A DNA stretch of 64,000 bases. It comes from Lama guanicoe (lineage: Eukaryota). This document shows positions 51,091 through 62,640 of the stretch, piece after piece. The notes under the pieces are model-generated. The model worked only from the letters and a program-made list of their open reading frames with translations. It searched no databases and was not told the origin of the DNA. Both the position numbers and the translations under genes were made by a program. The first letter of the stretch is position 1. Each line of letters starts with the position of its first letter. Where the stretch lies: contig MU054925.1 in the NCBI GenBank assembly GCA_013239625.1, forward strand, positions 34,327,538 through 34,391,537. The letters are read 5' to 3'.

Positions 51091-51689
51091 GGGGCCCTTC
51101 CCCTGACGTGTTTCCCTGACTTTCACTGTCTTGCCCCGGTGATCTCCACAGCTTCTGTGCGTCAACTTATTAAACGTTTTCCGTAAAGTCTACATTCACC
51201 TTTTTCCTTAAGTTGGTTTTAAAACTTTATATAATTAGCAAAAATGGGAACTACTGTCACGTACCCTGGACAGAGGCTGTAACACAAGACACAAGGAGGA
51301 GACCCCCGTGGGCTCCGGGGGCCGATCGGGGCCCGGCACGCACATGCCGTTCAAAAGGAAAACTAGTGTCACAACACGAGGCTCTGTTCTCTGCGCAATC
51401 AGAAGTTAGAGCAGAGCTGAGAGGAAAAGCCCAGTCCTGTGTGACCCTCCCATTGTGGCCTCAGGGCCGAGGCTCTGGCAGGACCCGTCACACTGAGAGC
51501 CAAGCAGGAGGGGCGCCTCCTCGCAGGCGCAGTCCCGTAGGCGTCCAGGGTGCCTGCAATGCTGCCTGGACGCAGAGGGAACCGAAGATGAATCAGATGT
51601 GACTCTTTCTTGCCCTGAGATGTTTACGACCTCGTGGGGCAGGTGCACGAACGCACAGTAGAGGTGCTTCACACTCACGAATGTGATTT

Positions 51690-52830
51690 CTACTATAGAA
51701 CCAAATCCATACGCCCAGCGAAAACTAAACATTTTTATTTTCAACAAATGCCAGGACAAGTCAAAGAGAGAAAGAACAACTTTTTCAACAAATGGTACTG
51801 GGACAACTGGACACACAGCCTTCAATCTGGGAAGAAAGGAGTTAGACCCTCTCCTCACCCAAGTAGACCACAGCCCTAAATGCAAGAACTAAAATCGTTA
51901 AACGCAGAGGAAGCCTAGGTGTAAATATTGGGGACCCTGAATTAGGCAGCGGTTTCTGGGAGGTGACAGCAAAAGCAAAAGCAACAAGAAAAAATAAACT
52001 GGACGTCATGAGACCTTGAAATTCTGTGCTTCAAGGAACCCCCTCAACTAAGTGAAGAGACCCCAGAGAATGGGAGAAAAACTCCGCAGATCACGTATCT
52101 CATAAAAGGTTACTGCCCGGAAAATGCAAAGAACTCCTGCAGTCAGACCATGAGGGAAAAGTGATGCAGCTTAAAATGGACAAAAGATGCGGACAGACAT
52201 TTCTCCAAAGAAGAAACACAAACGGCCGAGGAGCGTGTGAGGAGACAGCCACACCACCAGCCACGGGGGAAACGCCAGTCAGGTCCACGAGCTACCCCCT
52301 CACACCCACCCGGACGGCACGGTAGCCAGTGTCGGTGGAGACGTGGAGAAACCAGAGCCCGGCTAGGGAAAGCGCGGGCGGCCGCTCGGGAAGACCGTCG
52401 GGCCATTCCTCGGAAGGCTGAACACGGAGTTACCCTCTGCCCCAGCGACTCCAGCCCCAGGTAGAAACCAAGAGAAAGGGAAACGTGCGTGCACAGGACT
52501 TGGACACAAACACATGCCACTCACAACAGCTGGAAAGTGGCAACCATCCAGATGTCCACCCACTGACTAATGGGTACCTGAAGTGTGTATAACCACACGA
52601 CAGGGTGTTACTTAGCAGTAAAGAGGAAGGAAGCACGGGTGCACGCCCTCACCAGGCCGGGAGTGGACCCGTGACCCCGGCGGTACTGCTCACGGAGACA
52701 GAGTTCCTGTAGGGGTGATGAAAACCTTCCACAGCTGACTGTGGTGATGGTTACACGACTCTAAGAACACACTAGAAATCACAGGCCTGGACGCCGTGAA
52801 GGGAGAACTGTCCGGTGTGCGAGTCACGTC
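51690..52830 (+). mobile_element. L1MB-like ORF2 C-terminal region and 3' UTR remnant
   Basis: ttttcaacaaatggtactgggacaactgga (51781), aaaatggacaaaagatgcggacagacatttctccaaagaaga (52173), gtggcaaccatccagatgtccaccc, ggggtgatgaaaaccttcc...gtggtgatggttacacgactct. Confidence 0.85.
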
Positions 52831-53554
52831 TCCGTAAGGGTGTGGAAAGACGCCGCTCGTCCGAGTGGACAAATGGCCCGGACGGAGGCGCAGGGCTGCC
52901 ACACCTGGCCATGGGGCACAGCCCTGCCGTGGAAGTGGGGAGGCTCCGGGTGAGCAGGAGACACCCCGCAGGCCCCCAGCGCTCAGCGCCGGTGCGTCCG
53001 AGGGCAGGGAAAGCTCACTACACACACACGTGCAAGCCTAGGGTTGAAGACCAGCGTTTTCCCTACAACACGGCCCCAAACACAAGCCAACCACATCCTC
53101 TGGTGTTGAGCTAAATGAAACGGTGATCTGCCTAATGTGGGAGACAAAACCGAGCACCCTGGCCCCGCACCGATCCAGCCTTCCCTCCTGAAGGGTGTCC
53201 ACGATCATCCTGACCATGGGTGGTCTCCGCCTTACCAGCGGACCCGCAGCCCAGGCCGGAAAATGTACTCCACTAAACGAAGTTGGAGAGGGTTGTGTGA
53301 ACCGGCAGCTGAGCAGCCAGGAGCCGGGGGAGGCGGACCCGGCACGGAGCCTACGCTGGACCTGGCGAGGGGGCGGGCCGGCAGGCGGTGGTGCGGAGGC
53401 TTGTGAGGAAGGAGCCAGGAGGGGCCGGGCTGCCCTTGGTGCCCCAGGTTCCTCACCTGTAGAATGGGAACAACGCCCGATTCAGCTGAGCTAACCCGCC
53501 TGCGGCTGTAAGAGGACCCAGAACCTGTCACCACCAGGAGGAAAAGCGAGTTCT

Positions 53555-53635
53555 GTCACTGACTGTAAAATGCACCCCCAAATCGGAAAAGCTAAAATGT
53601 GCGGGAAACGTTCACCTCAGGATTGATGGAATAGC
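53555..53635 (-). mobile_element. MER104-like (TcMar-Tc2) DNA transposon fragment
   Basis: cactgactgtaaaatgcacccc...gctaaaatgtgcgggaaacgttcacctcaggattgatggaata resembles the recalled MER104 reverse complement. Confidence 0.45.
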
Positions 53636-56429
53636 TCACACGGCTTCCCACACTGCCGACTGAGATTTAACGAGCAATTACATGTAAAGAAGCACCGCCA
53701 CTGCCGTTACCAGCGTTAATCCGACGACCTGTGCTGGGCCGCCCTCCACCAGGCGCCCGCAGCCCCCTGCGTAACAAACACGGCCCGTCCTCACAGACTT
53801 GAAGTGCACCCCAGAGGACGGACCAACTCGGAGGCAGGAAGTGCGCGCGCCAGCTCACGGGGTCTCGGCTTGGCCGGACAGGAGCTGAAGCTCGTCCCCC
53901 CGGACGGAGAGGGGAGGGGACAGGTTCCAGAACCAAGGGAGAACCTAATGGAATCAAACCCACCCTCGGGAAACCCCCACCCTGTGAGGCACATGCACGC
54001 CTTGACCTCCGATCCACGTGACAGCCGGTGTGAGCAGGGCCCGTCATACCCGAAATTTAACACTGAAACCAGTCACCACACGAGATGTGCAAACCAGGAG
54101 GGAGCAGACGGCCCAAGGTGGTGGGCAGGGAGGGGCTGCCGAGTCCCTGGGTCTCAGGTCACAGCACACCCTCCCCCCCGCCCCTGCAGCTCCCACCTGC
54201 TGGCCTGCAGCCCCAGGCCCGGGTCTCCCCGGCAATGGCCTGCTGCCCCAGGCCAGGGTCTCCCAGGCACACTGGAAGGAGGCCGCACGGATGGAGCGAG
54301 AGGCCCCTCGCCCTCACACCAGCAGCAACAGCTGTCCCAGTCGGCACCGCCCTGCGCTGCCTGGGTCCTGACAGCTCAGACCCTTCCCTGAGCCCAGCTG
54401 AGGGCTGCGGTGCCACCCCCGCGACACTTCCCTGCTCCCCAGTCACCCTTTCAGTAGCCTAGTTAACCTTTACCTGCTTTATCAATCCTTGGTAAAAACC
54501 TTTGCTCAGATAACCCCGCTGGCCTCTGTCTACTGGCTGGACTGTGATCAACACATCCTCTCTCTCAGCGGACGTGGAGGCAAGTCACGAGGGAAGGAGA
54601 ATGTAGGCCAACAAACGTGAGAGGCGTTCAACCTCCACCTGAAGCCAAAGAAGCAAAAATGCACACCCTGAGACAAGTTTCTGCTGTCGGACCAACAACG
54701 ACGCAAGAGGCCGACAACGCCCAGCCCCGGGGCGTGGACCCACCCCCCCAGCTGCTGGCAGCGCGCAGACGCACCCCCACTCCCCGGGGAGGAATCCCAC
54801 AGCACGAGTGAGAAATCTTTGAAATGTGAGTCTTAGAAAACAAGGCACTGCAGGAGCAGACACGCCTGTTCCTGCTCCTTCAGGTAACACAGCTGAGGAC
54901 CGGGACCCGACACGCAAGAGGGCACTTGGGGCCCCTGAAAGGAGGGGGCGCCTGGCTGGGCCCTGGGGTGCACAGGGACGGGGCCGTGCGTCTCCTGCTG
55001 CCTGGACGCATGCTCAAGGGGACAGACGGAGAGACCAAAAGCCCCCAGAACAGCTGCCTTTTCTAGACCGAGGACCAAGATGAAGCAAGACAGACCCCTT
55101 CAGAAGAGAGCTTCCCCACTGCAGGCGGAGCCACTCGGACATCGCAGCCCCAGGGACGGAGCTCCGCCTCCCCGCGGGGGGCACCTCCCGCTGGGGGCAT
55201 CCCGGAAGGCTGGGGGAGGCGAGCCCCGACCGTCATCCTGCAGTGCGGCGGACCGCACCCCCGCCAGGTGGTGTCAGAGTCCTGGGGAGGGGGCCGAACT
55301 CCTGGCTGCGGGAATCCACACGTAATAAAATGACACAGGACTACACCTGTGCACAGATCTGCCTCCCAGGTGAGATGCCACACCACAGACACACAAGACG
55401 GAGCCTTCAGGGGAACCTCCAAGAGGGGTGCCCAGGGCCCCAGCCAACTACCTTCCCAACTTCCCGTGAATCTGAAATTATTTCAGAATAAATGCTGAAC
55501 ACAAAAAAGCCACCACGAAGCAGCCTGGGAGAACTTTCCAGGGAGAAGGACACATTCTGCCTGACTGAGGTGACTGTTATGTGGCTGTCACATGCTGCTT
55601 TTGCTACGGTCACCAAGCTGATACTTCAAGTGTATACCTCACCAAGGTTATTTAAAATCATGAGCTGTTTAAATATCAAGTCACACCAACAGTAACAGAA
55701 CAAACAGAAAAGACAGAAAATAAAGCTCTTTCCTCTGGAACAGCACCAGCTAAAAACAGTAGAAGAAATGGCAGAAACGCCGAGTGACCGTTCCGCAGCC
55801 GCCAGCACGCTGACTCAGACGGGCCCCGTCACGGTCCCATCCTCCCACAGAAACACTGAGAAATCAGGGAACCTGTCAGAGCTACCTTTGACGGAACTCT
55901 GAAAACCACTCAAGGTTCAGAGCAACCAAGGGAAGGCTGAATCAAGAAAAGGCAACTCGAAAACAGCAGGAAAGCTCTGTAACGCTCCCACGCGCCCAGC
56001 CCCGCTTCCAACAGGGGGCCCCGGTCCCTGGTCCCTGGTTCCGGGGCGCAGACCTTCCTGGAGACTACCGTGCATTTGTTCTGACTGGTCTGGGGCTGCC
56101 TGAAGGGCTGCGGGAGGCACACCTCTCCTCGCTTACCTCAGAACGCAGGCGGGAGAGGGGCAGGTGCTGCTGGAGAAAAGATGACGGCTCAGGCCGACAC
56201 TGCCACCTGGGAGGAAGCGTTGGGAGAGAGCCTCTGAGACGTTAGGACATTTAATAGCAACCGTGTACACAGGCATATTGAGGCCAGTGCTAACTCACAC
56301 GCTCAGGAAAGACTGGAGAAGCCCTAACCTTTCACCTTGGGCCGAGCTCTAGGCTTTCCACAGTCTGGGTGACTGCCGAAAGGGCCCCCAACACAGAGCC
56401 GATCTGCAAAGACCGGGAAAGGGCTCGGG

Positions 56430-56866
56430 TTTTATTTTCCTTTTTTTCTGGTGTTTTTTCGGTTTTGTTTTTGTTTTTATTGGAATACAGTCAGTTACAA
56501 TGTGTCAATTTCTGGTGTACAGCACAGTTTCCCAGTCATGCGTATATGTACTTATATTTGTTTTCATGTTCTTTTTCATTAACAGTTATTACAAGGTATT
56601 GAATATAGTTCCCTGTGCTATATGGAAGAAATGTGGGTTTTTTACCCACTTTTATACGTAGTGGCTAACATTTGCCAATCTCAAACTCCCAAATTTATCC
56701 CTTCCCACCCGCTTTCCCCAGTAACCATAAGATTGTTCACTGTGCCTGCAAGTCTGTTTCTGTTTTGTAGATGAGTTCATTAGTGTCCTCTTTTTCTAAA
56801 TTTCACATGTGAGAGATATCATATGGTATTTTTCTTTCTCTTTCTGGCCCACTTCACTGATAATGA
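56430..56866 (-). mobile_element. Young cetartiodactyl/camelid L1, 5'-truncated 3' end with T-rich tail, nested in the old L1
   Basis: tttttattggaatacagtcagttacaatgtgtcaatttctggtgtacagca...ttgaatatagttccctgtgctata...gatatcatatggtatttttctttctctttctggcccacttcact. It is flanked by ttgtttttgttttt on both sides (possible target-site duplication). Confidence 0.85.
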
Positions 56867-57610
56867 TTGTTTTTGTTTTTGTTTTAATCCTTTGGTATTA
56901 AAGGAAATTTCTGTCAAAATATTAGCTGAACATAAGCCAAAGGAATAGAGATTCCAGTGACTACACACAATAAGGAATACAGTCTTTGCAAAAATAGTTT
57001 GGAAAAGACACTAAACAAATGGATTATTATGGCCTAAAAAAAAAATCCCCACAAAATGCAAAACTCCAGGAAGGAGGGAGAATCTGGTTTCCAGAGTTAT
57101 AACATTATCATATTTGAATGTCCAGTGCTCAACAACAGCAAAAAAATCAAAAGGCATACAAAGAAACAAGAAAGCACAGCCCATTCAAAGTAACCAAATT
57201 AACAGACAGAAACATTCCTCTAGAAAGCCCAGACATCAGACTTACTAAACAAAAACCATTCAGATATGTTCAGAGAGAGGAAGGAAAACATGTACATATA
57301 AAAAGGGGAATCAGGAAACAGTATATAAACAAAATTAGAATATCAATAAAAGCTATAAAAACTATTAAAAAAAAAAAACAACCAAAAAACTCTGTAGCTG
57401 AAATGAAAATCCAGCAGAGGGCTTCAGCAGCAAGTTTGAGCAAGCAGAACAAAGAACCAGCAAACGTGAGGACAGCACAGTTGAAAGTATGGAGTTTGAG
57501 AAAAGTAGAAAAACAAAGAAAGCCACAGCAGCCGGTGGGACACTCACATCTGCACTTCGGGAGCCTCGGCGGGAGAGGGACCACAGGAAGAGGCAGAGAG
57601 AACATTTGCA

Positions 57611-57742
57611 GGGGGAGGGCGCAGCTCCAGTGGTGGAGCGCATGCCCAGCATGCACGAGGTCCTGGGTTCACACACCAGTACCTCCTCCAGGCAGAAATA
57701 AATGAACAAACCTAATTACCTCCCCCTCATAAAACAAGCGAA
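57611..57742 (+). mobile_element. Camelid tRNA-derived SINE (Vic-1-like), nested in L1 ORF1
   Basis: GGGGAGGGcgcAGCTCcAGTGGTgGAGCGCATGCccAGCATGCACGAGGTCCTGGGTTCA...CCAGTACCTCC...AAATAAATGAACAAACCTAATTACCTCCCCC: tRNA-like head with A/B boxes and the typical Vic-1 tail. Degenerate target-site duplication gagaacattt / aagaatatct. Confidence 0.85.
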
Positions 57743-58429
57743 AAGAATATCTTTAAAAATGCCCCAATTTTGATGAAAGATACGAATCTACAAATCCAAA
57801 AAGCTCAGTTAAGTTCCAAGTATGATGAATACAAAGATACCCAAAACCAGACACACAATCAAACTACAGAAGCAACAGACAAAGAGGAAATCTTGAAAGC
57901 AGCAAGAGAGAAGTGACCTGTTATAACAGGGATCCTCAAAAAGATTTGAGCTGATTTCTTATCAGAAACCATGGAGGCCAGAAGGCAACAGAAAGACACA
58001 TTTAAAGCAGTAAAAGAAAAACAAAACCTTGCAACCAAGAATTCCATATCCAGCAAAACTGTCCTTCAAAAATGAAGGTGAATTTAAGACATTCTTAGAT
58101 GAACAAAACCTGAACTAGCTCATCATCACTAGCCTTGCACTGTAAGAAATGCTGCAAGGAGTCCTCGGGCTGAAATGAAGGGATACTAGGCAGTAACTTG
58201 AACTGTATGAGGCAACAAAGACTTCCTGTTCTGGTAAACACAGGGGCAAACGTGAAAGCAGTTCTGTCTTGTTTTGGGTTTCTAATTCCGTTTTTTATTT
58301 CCTAGGTAATTTAAAAGACAAATGTGTAAAAAAAATCATTGCAAGTCTGTTACTGGGCACACAATGTATAAAAATATGATTTTGAAAACAGTAATATAAA
58401 GAAGGAGACAGAGCTGTGTAGGAGTTTTA

Positions 58430-58665
58430 AAACTTTTTTACTGCAATAAAATATACGTAATAGAAAATTTACCGTTTTATCAATTTTAAATATGCAATTT
58501 CAATGGCAGTACGTACATTCAAAATGGTGTACAACCATCATCCTACCCATCTCCAGAACTCTCCCATCATCCCAAGGAAAAGCTCCGTCTGATCAGACAG
58601 GATCCCCTCCTCTTCCTCTCCCCCAAGCCCTGATGACTTCTATCCTACTCTCCATCTCTATGAAC
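58430..58665 (-). mobile_element. L1MB-like 3'-end fragment in reverse orientation, nested in the long L1
   Basis: aaaatatacgtaatagaaaatttaccg...acattcaaaatggtgtacaaccatcat...ccatctccagaactctcccatcatccc...ccaagccctgatgacttctatcctactctccatctctatga. The motif ggagtttt is present on both flanks. Confidence 0.75.
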
Positions 58666-59178
58666 AAGGAGTGGAGTTTTTAACGCTACTGAAGTTGGTA
58701 TCAATTCAGTTAGACTGTTACACATTTAGGATGTTAAGTGCAATCTCTTTGATAACAACAAAGAAAATATCCAAAGAATATACACAAGAAATCACAAGTC
58801 AAACTGAACACAAGACGGCAGTAATGGAAGAAATGGGGGTCAAAAACAGCTCTAAATCATACGGAGGAAAACAAGATGGCAGAACTAAGCTCTTCCTTCC
58901 CAGTAATTATCTTAAAGGCAAAGGTACACTCCAAGCAAAAGGCAGAGGCTGGCAAACAGATGAAAAGCAAGATTCAACTACATACTGTCTACAGGAAAAT
59001 TACTTTAAATCCAAAACAAACAGATTTAAACTGAAAGAATGAAAAAAGATATGGGATGCAAAGGTAAGAGCTGGATGGCTCTAATACTATCAGAAGTAGC
59101 CTTTAAGTCAAAATAGCCACAAAAGAAGGAAGCAGATACAAAAAACTAAAATAAGAAATGAAAGTGAGGACCAACTCT

Positions 59179-59308
59179 NNNNNNNNNNNNNNNNNNNNNN
59201 NNNNNNNNNNNNNNNNNNNNNNNNNNNNNNNNNNNNNNNNNNNNNNNNNNNNNNNNNNNNNNNNNNNNNNNNNNNNNNNNNNNNNNNNNNNNNNNNNNNN
59301 NNNNNNNN
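59179..59308. other. Assembly gap (130 N) inside L1 ORF2
   Basis: Run of N from 59179 to 59308. Confidence 1.
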
Positions 59309-60144
59309 CACAAGTAAAGAGACTGAGTCAGTAATCAAAAACCTCCCAACCAAGAAAAGTCCAGGACCAGGTGGCTCCACCAGGTAATTCCACCAAACAT
59401 TATGAAGAATTAACTTCTCAAATTCTTCCAAAAAACCGAAGAGGAAGGAACACTTACTAACTCATTCTATGAAGCCAGCAAAACTGACGCCAAGGCTGGG
59501 CTACATCACAAGAAAAAATTATAGGCCTTATGAAAATATTCCTTATGAATATAGAGCCAAAATCCTTAACAAAACACTAGGAAGCCAAACCCAACATCAC
59601 AGTATAAGGATTATACATCACGACCAAATGGATTTATACCAGAAATGCAAGGCTGGTTCAACATGACAAAATCAATCAATTTAACACATCACATTAACAG
59701 AACAAAGGGGAAAAAAAAGTAATACCTCAACTGATGCAGAAAAGAAACCTTATAAAAACCCAACAGTTTTCCATAATAAAAACTCTCAGAGAAGCAGGAC
59801 TAGAAAGACATCTCTATTAGCTATTCATTCTAATAGCTAAGGCTATTATTAGTTCTAAGCTACTAGCATAAATGAACTCATCCAAGTTGCAGGGTACAGG
59901 ACCAACACTCAAATATCAGTTGCATTCTATACACCAGCAATGAACAATCCAAAAAGAAAATTAAGAAAGCAATTCCATTTACAACAGCATCTAAAAGAAT
60001 AGAATACCCAGGAATAGGTTTAACAAGGTTTGTACACTGAAAACTACAAAACATTGCTGAAAAAATTTTTAAAAGAACTGAATAAATGGAAAAGCACCTC
60101 ATGTTCATGGATAGAAAGAATTAATATTGTTAAGGTGTCAATAC

Positions 60145-60543
60145 AAACAATTTAACGGTGTCCTCCTGAAACTAATGCCCACCAGAACTTCAGAATGTAG
60201 ACTTACTTGGAAATAACGGGTTAAGGTGAAGTCACACTGGATCAGGGTGGGCCCTGTATCTATCACGACTGGTGTCCTTACAAGAAGAGGGACATATGGG
60301 CTTAGAGACAAACTAAGGGAAGAGTGTCTGTTAAGATGGAGCAGAGACTGAAGTTCTGCAGCTGCAAGCCAAGGAACGCTAAGGATTTGCAGAAAACACC
60401 AGAGGTAGGAAAAAGGCATGGAACAGATCCTTCCCAAGATCCTTTGGGCCAAGACAGAGCCCAGCCCTGAGAACACGTGATTTGTTTTTTAAGCCATGCC
60501 AGTTTGTGGTGCTTTGTTACAGCAACCTTTGGTAACTATTAAA
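60145..60543 (+). mobile_element. MLT1C-like MaLR solo LTR nested in L1 ORF2
   Basis: gtgtcctcctgaaactaatgcccaccagaacttcagaatgtagacttacttggaaataa...gcaagccaaggaacgctaagg...gccagtttgtggtgctttgttacagcaacc. The L1 phrase aatattgttaaggtgtcaata|...|gcaatcttcagattcaacgcagtccc is split around it. Confidence 0.85.
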
Positions 60544-62069
60544 CCACCATGGCAATCTTCAGATTCAACGCAGTCCCTGTCAAAATGTGAACATCTTTTC
60601 TTCCTGGTGATGGAAAACCAATCTGCAAATTCATATGGAAAACAATGTTGAAAAAGAATAACAAAGCTGAAAGACTCACACTTTGCAATTTCAAAATGCA
60701 CAACAAAGTTACACTATCGAGACAGCATGGTATTGACATGAGGTAGGCATGGGCCAATGGGAGAGAACTGAGAGTCCAAAAATAAACTCATATATGTATG
60801 GCCAATTGATCTGGGGCCAGGGTGCAGAGACCATTAAATGGAGAAAAAACAGTCTCTTCAACAGATGCCCACAAGCAAAAGGATGGCGCTGGACCCCTAC
60901 CTCACATCACATAAAAAATGAACTCAAAATGGGCCAAAGATAAAGATCATAGAATTCTTAGAAGAAAACACAAGGGTGAATCTTCATGACCTTTTCACTG
61001 AAAACAGAGTTAGAGATGACACTAAAGCATGAGCAACCAAAGGAAAAAACAGATAAGTTGGACCTTATCAAAAACAAAAGCCTTTTGCATCAAAGGACAT
61101 TATCAACAGGTGAAAAGACAACCAACTGAATGAAAGAAAACATACGCAAACTGCAGAGCTGACTAGGGACTTGCACCCAGAATACATAAAGAACTGCTAC
61201 AACCCAGTGAAGACAGACACTGCTCCAGAGAAGACACACGTGTGCCCACGTAGCACGTGAAAAGGTGCTCAACATCATGACTTGCAAGAGAAACGCCACT
61301 CAAAACCACGAGACACCACTTCACACTTACTGGGATGGCCACACAAAACAAAACAAAACAAAACAGAAAAGAAGAAATGTTGGCAAGGAAGTGCAGACGC
61401 TGGAGCCCTCCTACGCTGCTGGTAGGAATGTCAAGTGGTGCAGCTGCTGTAGAAAACAGCATGGCAGTTCCTCAGAACACTAAAAATGGAATTTCCATGT
61501 GATCTAGCAGTCCCACTGCCGGGCTGGTACCCACAACAACTGAAAGCAGAGTCTGGAAGAGAGGTTTGCACACCCACGCTCACAGCAGCATTACGTGCAA
61601 TTACCAAAAGGTGGAAGCAACTCCAGTGTCTATGACAGGCGACAAACAAAACGGGGTCCACACGTATGATGGACCAGGACTCAGCCACTGAAAGGAAGGA
61701 CATTCTGACACCAGCTACAACACGGATGAACCTTGAGGACATGGTGCCAAGTGAAACGAGCCCGTCACAAAGGAGAAATAGTGCAGGACTCCACTCATAC
61801 GCGGTCCCTAGAGGAGCCCAGAGACAGAAAGTGGCTGGGGGCTACTGGGGGCTGGGGAAGGGGGGGTGTGTTTAATGGGGACAGAGCTTCTGTTTAGAAG
61901 AATGAAAAAGTTCCACAGATGTACAGGGTGATGGCTGCACAGCAGCGTGAATAACGTCAATGCCACTGAATTGGCACTTGGTTACAGCGGCTACAGTGGT
62001 AAATTTTATGCTGCATATACTTTACCACAATACAAGAATGACTTAAAAAATGTAAAGGCTGTTGTGAAT

Positions 62070-62640
62070 GGAATGGACAGAAAGTCACTGGATGAAAGGC
62101 TGTTGGAAACAGCACATTCCACAGTCTCAAAGCATCACCCACAGGCTAATTCATTCCGAAGGGGAAAAGGTACCTTAAAATCGGGGCAACAGGTGTACAC
62201 CACCTTCACCAAGTGATCAAATCTAACATCACCAAGACCAGGTGACGTCACTGTTCCTGACGTGACCACCAAGAAGGGCCCCGACCCGAGTCTAATCGTG
62301 ACGGAACGCTCGGGTGTACACAGGGCGGGGGCGTGCTGCAGCACCAGTGGCCTGGCCCCTCAGCAGCGCCAGTGCTGTGGGAGACGGCCCGCTACCTGCG
62401 CGGCTGTTCTACAGAGCAGAGGGCACTGCGGGAACAAAGGACACGCGGTGCGGACCCTTGACTGAATCCTGGGTTTTCAAAACTCGGCCATCAAGGGCAC
62501 AATTGGGACGCCCAGGGAAACGGACCATGGCCTCCACGTCAGACGTAGAGGATGGTCGCTTGGCCGTGGTTGGTAGAACACTCTTGTTCTTGGGAGACAG
62601 GTCCGTGTGGAGATATCTGGGGACAAAACCACCCAGCAGT
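62070..62640 (+). mobile_element. L1MC4-like 3' UTR fragment
   Basis: caccaccttcaccaagtgatcaaatctaacatcacc, cccttgactgaatcctgg, aagggcacaattgggac, cttgttcttgggagaca. Confidence 0.65.

Larger units (their letters stand above)
55790..62050 (+). mobile_element. Near-full-length ancient L1 (L1MB-like): 5' UTR, ORF1 and ORF2 remnants with internal deletions, and 3' UTR
   Basis: 5' UTR-like aacctgtcagagctacctttgacggaactctgaaaacc (55870). ORF1-like gaaatcttgaaagcagcaagagagaag and agctgatttcttatcagaaaccatggaggccagaagg (57890-57985). EN-like caactacatactgtctacagga (58975). RT-like HHDQMDLY (ORF 59469-59666). C-terminal ERTESPKINSYMYGQLIW (ORF 60749-60943). L1MB 3' end atggggacagagcttctgtt...aatgccactgaattg (61875-61975). 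Confidence 0.88.

Noticed and set aside
1-55600. High CpG density suggesting CpG-island promoters
   Set aside because: CpG richness is diffuse and extends through old repeats, with no focal island or first exon; better explained by regional GC bias.
57611-57685. tRNA-like sequence
   Set aside because: Degenerate stems, a SINE tail and a target-site duplication show it is a tRNA-derived SINE head, not a tRNA gene.
57118-57705. 195-aa Lys-rich ORF
   Set aside because: Chance read-through of decayed L1 ORF1 into the SINE; not an intact ORF1p.
59179-59308. Assembly gap hiding a novel insertion
   Set aside because: The flanks are L1 ORF2 positions roughly this distance apart in the recalled consensus, so the gap most likely holds ordinary L1 sequence.
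59310-61300. Reverse transcriptase-like peptides suggesting an active retroelement
   Set aside because: Multiple stops, frameshifts, deletion of the catalytic motif and an LTR insertion show a dead L1.
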